Positions 1-7,958 of a stretch of DNA of 64,000 nucleotides are shown piece by piece. Each line of letters starts with the position of its first letter. The first letter of the stretch is position 1. The DNA is from Firmicutes bacterium HGW-Firmicutes-21. Its GTDB lineage: Bacteria > Bacillota > Clostridia > Oscillospirales > CAG-382. The stretch covers positions 15,919 to 79,918 of the forward strand of contig PGZT01000001.1 of NCBI GenBank assembly GCA_002841455.1, written 5' to 3'. The position numbers and the translations under genes are program-made. The notes beneath the pieces are model-generated. The model was not told where the DNA came from, did no database searches, and was given only the letters and a program-made list of their open reading frames with translations.

Positions 1-1
1 C

Positions 2-553
2 GTAATCGTGACCGAGATTGACCCGATAAAGGCAATGGAGGCGGTTATGGACGGCTTCAAGGTTATGCCTATGAGCGAGGCGGCTCCGTTGGGCGATTTC
101 TTTGTTACCGTAACAGGCTGCTGCGAGGTCATTACAAAGGAGCATTTCCTGTCTATGAAGGACGGAGCGATTTTGTCCAACGCAGGGCATTTTGATGTGG
201 AGGTGGATATGGATTCGCTCAAAAAAATGGCACTAACCTCCTATATAGCACGGGATAATATTATCGGCTACACCCTATCTAACGGAAACACCGTTTTCGT
301 CATCGCCGAGGGCAGGCTGGTAAACATCTGCGCCGGGGACGGGCATCCCGCCGAGATAATGGATATGTCCTTTGCAATACAGGCTCTGTCCGCTCTGCAT
401 TTGGTCAAAAACAAGGGTAACCTTAATGAAAAAATCATCGATGTGCCCCGTGAGGTTGACCTCGAGGTCGCAAACCGCAAGCTCAAATTCTGGGGTCTTG
501 AGATAGATAAGCTCACCGAAAAGCAGAATGAGTATATGAACAATTGGGAGTGA
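2..553 (+). CDS. ahcY: Adenosylhomocysteinase (S-adenosyl-L-homocysteine hydrolase), C-terminal part; 5' end lies outside the window
   Basis: The frame is open to the window edge (VIVTEIDPIKAMEA...). Motifs NAGHFDVEVD, IAEGRLVNI and DGHPAEIMDMSF match the NAD-domain/C-terminal part of SAH hydrolases. Confidence 0.9.
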   Translation, partial: VIVTEIDPIKAMEAVMDGFKVMPMSEAAPLGDFFVTVTGCCEVITKEHFLSMKDGAILSNAGHFDVEVDMDSLKKMALTSYIARDNIIGYTLSNGNTVFVIAEGRLVNICAGDGHPAEIMDMSFAIQALSALHLVKNKGNLNEKIIDVPREVDLEVANRKLKFWGLEIDKLTEKQNEYMNNWE

Positions 554-600
554 AAGGGTATAATTCTTATTATTTATATTTATAAATACGAGGGGTTCAT

Positions 601-810
601 ATGGGATCTGTAAAGATATTGTTATTAATTCTCAATGGGTTGTTCTTTGCTTATGGAATAATATTAGTATTCAAACTGTTTAAATTTTTAAAGCAAAACG
701 AGAATAAAACAGTAGAGGAGATAAAAAAACAATTAAATAAACTGCTTAATCATGCGATTGTAACTGTAATATGCACTACCCTAATATCTTTATTAATAAT
801 TCTTGGATAA
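601..810 (+). CDS. Small hypothetical membrane protein (69 aa, two hydrophobic segments)
   Basis: The ATG is preceded by a GAGGGG RBS-like string. It has hydrophobic N- and C-terminal stretches and AT-rich codon usage. No family recognised. Confidence 0.45.
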   Translation: MGSVKILLLILNGLFFAYGIILVFKLFKFLKQNENKTVEEIKKQLNKLLNHAIVTVICTTLISLLIILG

Positions 811-832
811 ATAAGTTCTAAGGCTGCAACCT

Positions 833-892
833 AAAAAATGCGTTTTTTCACGAAGTGAAAATGTCGGTCCCTCTGACCGACAAGCATTTTTT
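833..892 (+). terminator. Compound stem-loop terminator (A-tract/T-tract outer stem enclosing two hairpins)
   Basis: aaaaaatgc (833-841) pairs with gcatttttt (884-892). Inner hairpins are ttttcac-gaa-gtgaaaa (845-861) and tgtcggtc-cctct-gaccgaca (862-882), followed by a T-run. Confidence 0.6.
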
Positions 893-901
893 CTAATAAA
901 G

Positions 902-961
902 CCATTTCTCCGGCGAGAGGTGGCATTATAATTCTATATTTTGTAATCGCCGGAGAAATGG
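902..961. promoter_or_regulatory. Perfect 15-bp inverted repeat bracketing a -10-like TATAAT and overlapping the deoD RBS
   Basis: ccatttctccggcga (902-916) is the exact reverse complement of tcgccggagaaatgg (947-961). The 30-nt spacer contains tataat (927-932). The right arm carries GGAG strings just upstream of the deoD ATG at 969. Confidence 0.5.
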
Positions 962-968
962 AGCTTTA

Positions 969-1670
969 ATGCCTACACCACACAACACCGCGGAAATCAA
1001 TCAAATAGCAAGCACCGTTTTTATGCCGGGGGATCCGCTCCGTGCCGAATATATCGCAAAAAAATACCTTACCGACGCCGTAAAGGTAACCGAGGTAAGG
1101 AATATGTACGGCTTCACAGGTAAATATAACGGCAAGGATGTTACCGTAATGGGTCACGGAATGGGTGTGCCTTCGGTGGGTATTTACACCTATGAGCTGT
1201 ATAATTTCTATAATGTGGAGAGCATAATCCGTATCGGCTCGGCGGGCGGTCTTGCGGAGGATGTTAACCTGCGGGACATCGTTATCGGAATGGGCGCCTG
1301 CACGGACAGCAATTTTGCGTGGCAGTACGCTCTGCCCGGTACCTTTTCCGCAATAGCTGATTTTTCACTCCTGCAAAGAGCGGTTGCCTCCGCCGAGAGA
1401 GCGAACAAGACGGTAAGGGTGGGCAACATTATAACCTCGGACGTTTTTTACAGCCCAAAAACCGCCAACGAGAAATGGCGGGACATGGGCGTGCTTGCGG
1501 TGGAAATGGAGGCGGCGGCTCTGTATATGAACGCAGCCAAGGCGGGCAAAAAGGCGCTCTGCATATGCACCGTGTCCGACCACCTTTTCAAGCCCGAGCA
1601 GCTTACGGTGGAGGAACGCCAGACCGGCTTTGACGATATGATAGAGGTTGCATTGGGAATGCTTGAGTAA
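969..1670 (+). CDS. deoD: Purine nucleoside phosphorylase, DeoD type
   Basis: 233 aa. The N-terminus MPTPHNTAEINQIASTVFMPGDPLRAEYIAKKYL and the motifs RIGSAGG and VEMEAAALY are typical of hexameric PNP. Confidence 0.93.
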   Translation: MPTPHNTAEINQIASTVFMPGDPLRAEYIAKKYLTDAVKVTEVRNMYGFTGKYNGKDVTVMGHGMGVPSVGIYTYELYNFYNVESIIRIGSAGGLAEDVNLRDIVIGMGACTDSNFAWQYALPGTFSAIADFSLLQRAVASAERANKTVRVGNIITSDVFYSPKTANEKWRDMGVLAVEMEAAALYMNAAKAGKKALCICTVSDHLFKPEQLTVEERQTGFDDMIEVALGMLE

Positions 1671-1752
1671 AAAATTGATTTTTCTTTTGTAAAAACAGTG
1701 GCAGAGCGGTAAATCGTTATGACATTGTTTTTTAATTTTTTTATAATATGTA

Positions 1753-1780
1753 TTGCATTTTTGACAATATGTGCTATAAT
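1753..1780 (+). promoter_or_regulatory. Sigma-A-like promoter for the 1874 ORF
   Basis: TTGCAT (1753-1758), 16-nt spacer, TGcTATAAT extended -10 (TATAAT at 1775-1780). Confidence 0.45.
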
Positions 1781-1873
1781 AGCAATAATGGAATATTTAA
1801 TGAGTTACTATATGCAAATATCTCTTATTTTATTTGGCGAACATTTTAAACATTAAAAATAGGATGAATAAAA

Positions 1874-2959
1874 ATGCAAACAAAAAAACCACAAGTATTT
1901 ATGATTTTCCCTTTTGACGAGGACTTTCTGGCACTATATTCCGATCTTAAAATTCGTTTCTCAGATAGTTTTGTTTTTTCAAATGCGGATGATTTGGATA
2001 ATCAACAAAACATTTTAAAGGATATCGTAGTCGGAATAAATTCAGCCGATATTATTATTGCTGATTTAACTGGATTAAACCCAAATGTTTTTTATGAGCT
2101 TGGTCTTGCTCATGCTTTAAATAAGAAAGTAATAATTATAACACAGGATATTTCTGAGTTGCCTTTTGATATAAGATCGTATAAAGCTAACGAATATGGC
2201 GTACAATTTTATAAAATTACAAAACTATTTGACAAGCTTGAAAACCTGTTAAATGGTGCGATTGATGGAAGCATACAATTTGGAAATCCGATTTCTGATT
2301 TTATTCTGTCTTTTAATGATAATACAACTAAGGATGTTACCAAAGAGATGCTTTCTGAACATGATGTTCTTAAAGATCACGAAGACAAAGGCTTTTTAGA
2401 TTATATTGCAGACATCGATGAGTCTATGTCTGCAATAACGAGTGTGTTATACAAAATGCAAACAGATATGGAAAAAATGTCTTCTTCAATTAATCAAGGG
2501 TCGCAAGAAATCAGTAAAATGAAAAATTCAGGAGGTTCTGCTACCGCTATTTTTGTTAGAAACATATCTCGAAAATTAGCTGAACCTGTTGATACTTTTG
2601 CAAATCAAATGAAAAACCATAACAAAAATATAGCCGATAAATGGACTACGGTTGAAAATGATTATCTTAATTTATTAGATAACAGATTCATAAAAACTGA
2701 AGATAATATACAAGGATTAATTGAATCAAAACCTGCTCTTGAAAGTATTCGATCTGCAATCAATGAATCTAATGAAAAAATGGAAGGCTTTAAAGACAGC
2801 ATTCAAAACTGCATGGGTATGGAACGAAGACTTACAAAAGCATTTAATAGCCTTTTAAATGAGATTGAAAACTACATTACAATAACAGATACCATATCAT
2901 CATCTATTGAAAGGATACTCTCTAAAACCGACACAGTTATTAAAAGTTTTAATAAATAA
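1874..2959 (+). CDS. Orphan protein: N-terminal DNPH1/nucleoside 2-deoxyribosyltransferase-like (TIR-like Rossmannoid) domain plus a C-terminal alpha-helical region of about 220 aa
   Basis: 361 aa with an AGGA RBS upstream. The segment SADIIIADLTGLNPNVFYELGLAHALNKKVIIITQD aligns by eye with the human DNPH1 segment VVVAEVTQPSLGVGYELGRAVAFNKRILCLF, including the catalytic-Glu context YELG. The C-terminal half is low-complexity helical (heptad-like, rich in K/E/N/S). The gene and its flanks are strongly AT-rich relative to neighbours. Confidence 0.6.
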   Translation: MQTKKPQVFMIFPFDEDFLALYSDLKIRFSDSFVFSNADDLDNQQNILKDIVVGINSADIIIADLTGLNPNVFYELGLAHALNKKVIIITQDISELPFDIRSYKANEYGVQFYKITKLFDKLENLLNGAIDGSIQFGNPISDFILSFNDNTTKDVTKEMLSEHDVLKDHEDKGFLDYIADIDESMSAITSVLYKMQTDMEKMSSSINQGSQEISKMKNSGGSATAIFVRNISRKLAEPVDTFANQMKNHNKNIADKWTTVENDYLNLLDNRFIKTEDNIQGLIESKPALESIRSAINESNEKMEGFKDSIQNCMGMERRLTKAFNSLLNEIENYITITDTISSSIERILSKTDTVIKSFNK

Positions 2960-3011
2960 ATTAGCATACTGCATCAGATAATAAAAACTAATAATTCCCT
3001 CATCCTCACTC

Positions 3012-3040
3012 AAAAAAGCAACGGTCGCCCGTTGCTTTTA
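3012..3040. terminator. Bidirectional intrinsic terminator between the convergent 1874 ORF and nadA
   Basis: The stem agcaacgg-tcgc-ccgttgct is flanked by an A-run and a T-run. Confidence 0.7.
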
Positions 3041-3055
3041 CTATTTTACACAACC

Positions 3056-3970
3056 TTATTTACCCAACCGTATCATTTCGTCTATGCATTTTCTCGCCTT
3101 GGTCAGTGTTTCCTTATCCATATCTATCAAAAAGCCCTTGTCATACATGACCGCATTATAGACATCCACAAGAGTGGTTATCTTCATGTTCGGGCATATA
3201 AACTTCATTGACAGGGTATAGAACATTTTGTGCGGCTCGTCATATTGCAGATGCTCGGCGATGCTGTTTTCCGTTCCTATGATAAATTCCCCGTGGTCGC
3301 TCTTCCTTGCAAAATCCATAATTCCGCTTGTAGAGCCTACGAAATCGGCTAATTCAAGCACCTCTCTGCGGCACTCCGGATGCACTAACAAAAGTGCGTT
3401 TGGGTGTGCTTTTTTTGCGTTCTCGGCGTCCTTTCGGGTTATTGCGGCGTGGACGGGGCAGCCGCCCTGCAGCAGCTGTATATTCTTGTCGGGGCATTGC
3501 CTTGCCACATAGTCGCCCAGATTGCTGTCGGGGACAAACAGGATGTTTTTGTTATCGATAGCGTTTACTATCTTAACCGCACTGGAGCTGGTTACGCAGA
3601 CATCGGCAACCGTCTTCAGCTCTGCGGTGGTGTTTATATATGCGACCACCGTATAGCCCTTGTAGAACTCCTTCATTTTAAGGATATATTCCTTGTTCAT
3701 CTGCTCCGCCATCGGGCAGCCCGCCTCGCTGTGGGCGATATAGACCGTCTTCTCGGGTGCAAGAATCTTTGCCGTCTCCGCCATAAAACGAACTCCGCAC
3801 ATAAGTATGTTCCTCTGCGGTGCGTTCATTGCCGAGACGGAGAGCTGAAAGGAATCCCCGACATAGTCGGCGACCTCGCATATCTCTCTCGACTGATAGC
3901 TGTGCGCTATAATGCAAATATCCTTTTCCTTTTTAATTCTTATTATATCGTCCTGAATATTTCTGATCAT
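3056..3970 (-). CDS. nadA: Quinolinate synthase
   Basis: 304 aa. The motifs IIAHSYQ, GVRFMAETAKIL and HPEC and the overall layout are typical of NadA. Confidence 0.93.
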   Translation of the reverse strand: MIRNIQDDIIRIKKEKDICIIAHSYQSREICEVADYVGDSFQLSVSAMNAPQRNILMCGVRFMAETAKILAPEKTVYIAHSEAGCPMAEQMNKEYILKMKEFYKGYTVVAYINTTAELKTVADVCVTSSSAVKIVNAIDNKNILFVPDSNLGDYVARQCPDKNIQLLQGGCPVHAAITRKDAENAKKAHPNALLLVHPECRREVLELADFVGSTSGIMDFARKSDHGEFIIGTENSIAEHLQYDEPHKMFYTLSMKFICPNMKITTLVDVYNAVMYDKGFLIDMDKETLTKARKCIDEMIRLGK

Positions 3971-4006
3971 AAATATCTACCTCTTTTTTCCTGCTATTAA
4001 ACAATT

Positions 4007-4035
4007 ATTATATATTGTTATGCCCTTTTTTGCAA
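4007..4035 (-). promoter_or_regulatory. Sigma-A-like promoter for nadA
   Basis: Minus strand: TTGCAA (4030-4035), 17-nt spacer, TATAAT (4007-4012). Confidence 0.5.
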
Positions 4036-4100
4036 TACCTTTCCGCCCGATATGGATTTTTTTGCTTTTTTAGCATAAAAACGGTATAAATTTCCGCTAA

Positions 4101-5429
4101 ATGACTATTATATTTATAGCAACGATTATTCAGAAAGGATTGAAAATCTTGAAGCTGCTCAAATTCTTTATCTTCTGCACCTTTATCGCTGTTTTGCTTG
4201 TTCTCGGTGCCTCGGCGGCAAGCGGCGACATATCTCCCGCAATAGGATATCTACGCAGTACGACCACGCTCGACAAATGCTCGATCGGGGGTGAAACGGT
4301 AAGCTTTTCGCAGACCGATTTCGCCCAAACGATAGGCACAAAATTCGATTATATCGTAATCAGCTCGCTTCCGGAGGACGGGGTGTTGACCCTAAACGGA
4401 ATTAAGGTTTTGTCGGGACAGACCATTCCCGTTTCATCGCTTAATTACCTCAAATTCATTCCCGATTCCAAAGCGGCAAAGACCTGTAAATTCACCTTCA
4501 CTACCCGAGCCGCCGGGTGGGAGGATACAGAGGTTCCCTGTGTGATAAATGTACTTGAGAGTATTAATTTTTCACCCATAGCGACAGACGGCAGCCTCAC
4601 GACCATTCAAAATGTTACGGCATACGGCTCGCTCACGGTGGTGGAGCCGGACGACGATGACCTGACCTACAAAATAGTTAAATTCCCCCGCAACGGTCAT
4701 GCGAGGATAGGCGGCGACGGCAGTATTATTTATACCCCCAGAGAGGGATATTCCGGCTCGGACAACCTTGTTTACACAGCCACCGATAAATACGGAAATT
4801 TGTCGGGCGAGGCTACGGTGTCCATCAAGGTTGAGAAAAACCAGAGCGGAATACTCTTTGAGGACCTGAAAACAAGCCCGACTCATTACTCCGCAATAAA
4901 AATGGCGGAAAAGGGTATTATGACCTATACTCAAGAGAACGGCGCCTATATTTTTACTCCCGACGAGAAGGTAACAAGAATCGATTATCTTGTAATGCTC
5001 ATGACGGCAACCGAGCTTGACAAAAATCTGACAGCCGTAACCGACACGGCATTTTTGGACGACAGCAAGCTCTCCGCAGGCAGAAAAGGGTACCTTGCGA
5101 GAGCGTTGTCGCTGGGACTGGTTGACCTGGGGCAGGGAATATTCAAGCCGCTTGACCCGATAACAAAGGCGGAGGCGGCGGTGATGACCGCAGCGGCGCT
5201 GTCGCTGCCCGAGCTGGCGGCAAAGCAGACCTTTGTTGACATTGCGGAAGTTCCCGATTGGGCGTTTACCGCTGTTGCGTCGGCTACAAATGTTGGGCTG
5301 TTCGCAGGTGATAAGGGGTATTTTTCACCCAACAAGGTTCTCACAAAGAGTGATGTCGCCGTCGTTTTATCAAAGGCACTTGATTATATCGACGCCAACA
5401 ATCTCGACCCTCTTAAGAGCCTGACCTGA
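4101..5429 (+). CDS. Secreted cell-surface protein with a cadherin/Ig-like segment and C-terminal SLH-like repeats
   Basis: Signal-peptide-like KFFIFCTFIAVLLVLGASAA. An alternative TTG start at 4149 follows a GAAAGGA RBS. A cadherin-like segment reads DDDDLTYKIV...DGSIIYTPREGYSGSDNLVYTATD. SLH-like repeats read FEDLKTSPTHYSAIKMAEKGIM and FVDIAEVPDWAFTAVASATNVGLFAG. Confidence 0.75.
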   Translation: MTIIFIATIIQKGLKILKLLKFFIFCTFIAVLLVLGASAASGDISPAIGYLRSTTTLDKCSIGGETVSFSQTDFAQTIGTKFDYIVISSLPEDGVLTLNGIKVLSGQTIPVSSLNYLKFIPDSKAAKTCKFTFTTRAAGWEDTEVPCVINVLESINFSPIATDGSLTTIQNVTAYGSLTVVEPDDDDLTYKIVKFPRNGHARIGGDGSIIYTPREGYSGSDNLVYTATDKYGNLSGEATVSIKVEKNQSGILFEDLKTSPTHYSAIKMAEKGIMTYTQENGAYIFTPDEKVTRIDYLVMLMTATELDKNLTAVTDTAFLDDSKLSAGRKGYLARALSLGLVDLGQGIFKPLDPITKAEAAVMTAAALSLPELAAKQTFVDIAEVPDWAFTAVASATNVGLFAGDKGYFSPNKVLTKSDVAVVLSKALDYIDANNLDPLKSLT

Positions 5430-5440
5430 TAATCCAAAAC

Positions 5441-5474
5441 AAAAAAACGGAGGCGAAAGCGTCTCCGTTTTTTT
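5441..5474. terminator. Bidirectional intrinsic terminator between convergent genes
   Basis: The hairpin acggaggcg-aaag-cgtctccgt (one G-U pair) is flanked by A7 and T7 runs. Confidence 0.75.
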
Positions 5475-5486
5475 ATGATAAGATGC

Positions 5487-6527
5487 TTAAAAACAACGAC
5501 CCGTTGCCTTGCGTTTTTCGCAGTTCGGGCCGATATCGCCTGTCTTGCATTGATAGCATATCTCGTTGGTGAGTTTTTTATCCGAGAAGAACTCGTTCAG
5601 GTTCTCTATGGTGGTTTTGGCAATGTTCTCAAGCGCCTCACCTGTTAAAAAGCCCTGATGGGAGGTCAAAATTACATTCGGGAGCGAGACAAGCAGCGAC
5701 AGAATGTCGTCCTTAACTATTGTCTGTGAGAAATCCTCGAAAAAGAACTCGCTCTCCTCCTCGTAGACATCCAGCCCCGCACCTCCGAGCTTGCCGCTCT
5801 TGAGTGCCGCCAGCAGCTGCTCGCTGTCTATGAGCTGCCCTCTCGAGGTGTTGATAACAAGCGCACCCGTCCTCATTGTTTTTATGGTATCTGCGTTTAT
5901 CATATGTCTTGTGCTCTCGGTCAGAGGACAATGCAGGGAGATAATATGGCTCTCGGACAGCAGAGTGTCAAGGTCTGTGTATTCCACATCCATGTCCTTT
6001 GCGGGATAAGGGTCGTAGGCAAGCACCTTCATCGAAAAGCCCTTGCATATATCGACAAAGCATCTGCCTATCTTGCCAGTTCCGATAACGCCTATTGTTT
6101 TGCCCCGCAGATCAAAGCCCACTAATCCGCTAAGACGGAAATCGAAATCCCGTGTGCGGTTATATGCCTTGTGGATTTTCCTGTTAAGCGTCAGAAGCAG
6201 TGCCGCTGCATGCTCGGCTACCGCATACGGTGAATAGGCAGGCACACGGACAACCGATATTTTCTCGTAAGCGGCACGAAAATCCACATTGTTATAGCCT
6301 GCGCTACGAAGAGCGATAACCCGTACTCCGCCCTCATAGAGCTTGTCTACCGCAGCGGCGGAAATATCATCGTTTACAAAGGCGATAACTCCGTCGTAGC
6401 CCTTTGCGAGTGCGGCGGTGTCCGCATTCAGCTTATTGTCGAAGTATTTTATCTTATATCCCTTGCCGAATTTCTCAAAAAAGCTTAAATCATATGGTTT
6501 TGTGTCAAAAAACGCTATCTTCTTCAT
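5487..6527 (-). CDS. ldhA: D-lactate dehydrogenase / D-isomer-specific 2-hydroxyacid dehydrogenase
   Basis: 346 aa. N-terminus MKKIAFFDTKPYD, NAD-binding loop GVIGTGKIGR, and the 2-hydroxyacid dehydrogenase layout. It carries an extra Cys-rich C-terminal tail. Confidence 0.85.
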   Translation of the reverse strand: MKKIAFFDTKPYDLSFFEKFGKGYKIKYFDNKLNADTAALAKGYDGVIAFVNDDISAAAVDKLYEGGVRVIALRSAGYNNVDFRAAYEKISVVRVPAYSPYAVAEHAAALLLTLNRKIHKAYNRTRDFDFRLSGLVGFDLRGKTIGVIGTGKIGRCFVDICKGFSMKVLAYDPYPAKDMDVEYTDLDTLLSESHIISLHCPLTESTRHMINADTIKTMRTGALVINTSRGQLIDSEQLLAALKSGKLGGAGLDVYEEESEFFFEDFSQTIVKDDILSLLVSLPNVILTSHQGFLTGEALENIAKTTIENLNEFFSDKKLTNEICYQCKTGDIGPNCEKRKATGRCF

Positions 6528-6553
6528 ATTTACATCCTTTTAAATAATATAAT

Positions 6554-7345
6554 CTAATTGCAAATAACAATACAGTTGCTCTTGCAAGCCTCTGCACATT
6601 TACCGCAGCCGAAGCATTTGTTACGGTCGATAACGGCAAGTCCCTCGTTGAAGCTTATCGCGCTGTATTCGCACACCTTAAGACAGAGCTTGCAGGCGAT
6701 ACAGCCGGCGGCGCAGACCTTCCTTGTCTGCTTGCCCTTGTCGGTGCTTGAGCAGAGTACAAGCGGCGTTTTCTTCTTCGGTATCAGGCTTATTATATGT
6801 TTTGGGCAGGTATTGATACATAAGCTACAGGCAACGCATTTTTTGGAGTTAACAACCACTATACCGTCCTCGGTGGATAAAGCACCGTAATTGCACGCCT
6901 CGATGCAATCCCCAAGCCCTATGCAGCCGAAACGGCAGGCACCGTCGCCTCCGAACATAGTGGAAACCGCCTTGCAGGTGTTTATACCCTGATATATATA
7001 TTTTTTACTTGTGTAGCCGCCGTTTCCCTGACAGAAAATATGTGCGATTTTTTTATCTGCCGCCGCCGCCTTTACCCCCAGAATTTCGCTGATATGCTTT
7101 ACTGCTTCGTCGCCGCCGACGGTGCAAAGGGTTATCTTTATCCTACCTGTCGATAATGCCTCCGCATAGCTCATACAGCCGGAAAAGGAACAGGCTCCGC
7201 AGTTTATACCGGGCAGCACCTTGTAAATCGCTTCTGCCTTTTCGTTGCTCTTAACCCCCATAAAAAGGTTTGCCAACGCAAGACCGATTCCCGCCGCAAG
7301 CCCGATTCCGGCAACTATAAGCACGGCAAGTAAAAATGAATCCAT
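6554..7345 (-). CDS. rnfB: Rnf electron-transport complex subunit B
   Basis: N-terminal TM helix plus several ferredoxin-type cysteine clusters (CVACSLCINTCP, CFGCGKCAEAC). It is the last gene of the rnfCDGEAB order. Confidence 0.9.
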   Translation of the reverse strand: MDSFLLAVLIVAGIGLAAGIGLALANLFMGVKSNEKAEAIYKVLPGINCGACSFSGCMSYAEALSTGRIKITLCTVGGDEAVKHISEILGVKAAAADKKIAHIFCQGNGGYTSKKYIYQGINTCKAVSTMFGGDGACRFGCIGLGDCIEACNYGALSTEDGIVVVNSKKCVACSLCINTCPKHIISLIPKKKTPLVLCSSTDKGKQTRKVCAAGCIACKLCLKVCEYSAISFNEGLAVIDRNKCFGCGKCAEACKSNCIVICN

Positions 7346-7358
7346 TTCCGCAAACCTC

Positions 7359-7958
7359 CTAAATCAATTTATCGACAATGCCCTGAAATCCCAAAAAGGA
7401 CAGAGCGACAAAAGAAGCGCTAATCAGGGTTATGGGCATACCCTTGAAGAAATCGGGAATGTCGCTGTCCTCCAGCCTCTCCCGTATTCCGGAAAAAAGC
7501 ACCATTGCGACAAGGTAACCAAAGCCCGCACCAAGTGCGTTTACAACCGCATGGGCGAAGCCGTAATCGGCTCCGCTCTTGTCTATAACAAGTATGGTAA
7601 CGCCTAAAACCGCACAGTTTGTTGTAATCAAGGGAAGATATACTCCCAACGATTTATAAAGTGAGGGTATGTATTTTTTCAATATAATCTCGACAAGCTG
7701 AACCAGAGCGGCGATTACGAGTATAAACAAAATTGTTTGCAGATAATCAAGCTCGTTCGGCAGTAAAACAAGCATATAAACAGGATAGGTAACCACCGTT
7801 GCGAGCAGCATCACGAATATGACCGCAAGGCTCATGCCTATTGCGGTATTCAGCTTTTTGGAAACACCGAGGAACGGACAAATGCCCAGAAACTTTGTCA
7901 GTATATAGTTCTCGGTCAGAGTTGCGGCTATAAAAACTGCTATGAGTGCTTTTAGCAT
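7359..7958 (-). CDS. rnfA: Rnf complex subunit A
   Basis: 199-aa polytopic membrane protein of the RnfA/NqrE type (FLGICPFLGVS). Operon position supports the call. Confidence 0.9.
   Translation of the reverse strand: MLKALIAVFIAATLTENYILTKFLGICPFLGVSKKLNTAIGMSLAVIFVMLLATVVTYPVYMLVLLPNELDYLQTILFILVIAALVQLVEIILKKYIPSLYKSLGVYLPLITTNCAVLGVTILVIDKSGADYGFAHAVVNALGAGFGYLVAMVLFSGIRERLEDSDIPDFFKGMPITLISASFVALSFLGFQGIVDKLI

Noticed and set aside
1761-1784. The string ttgacaatatgtgc...tataatagca is shared with 34208-34240, upstream of two AT-rich orphan genes.
   Set aside because: A 14-mer match is roughly what chance allows among all position pairs in 64 kb on two strands. Both strings are simply near-consensus promoter hexamers in AT-rich DNA. 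There is not enough to claim a shared regulatory motif.
1680-3050. A mobile genetic element call (island with att sites) for the AT-rich islets at 1680-3050 and 18780-20127.
   Set aside because: I saw no integrase, transposase or recombinase, and no terminal inverted or direct repeats apart from the diverged transketolase relic. Foreign origin is suggested by composition only.
3404-4000. A 198-aa plus-strand ORF. Similar long antisense ORFs occur at 9585-10109, 35511-35984, 40814-41335, 51611-52015 and 59188-59655.
   Set aside because: Each lies entirely inside a strongly supported gene on the opposite strand (nadA, rnfD, the methyltransferase, yidC, gyrA/PPTase, aroF). They lack RBS signals and have the Arg/Cys/Leu-rich composition typical of antisense frames of moderately GC-rich genes.
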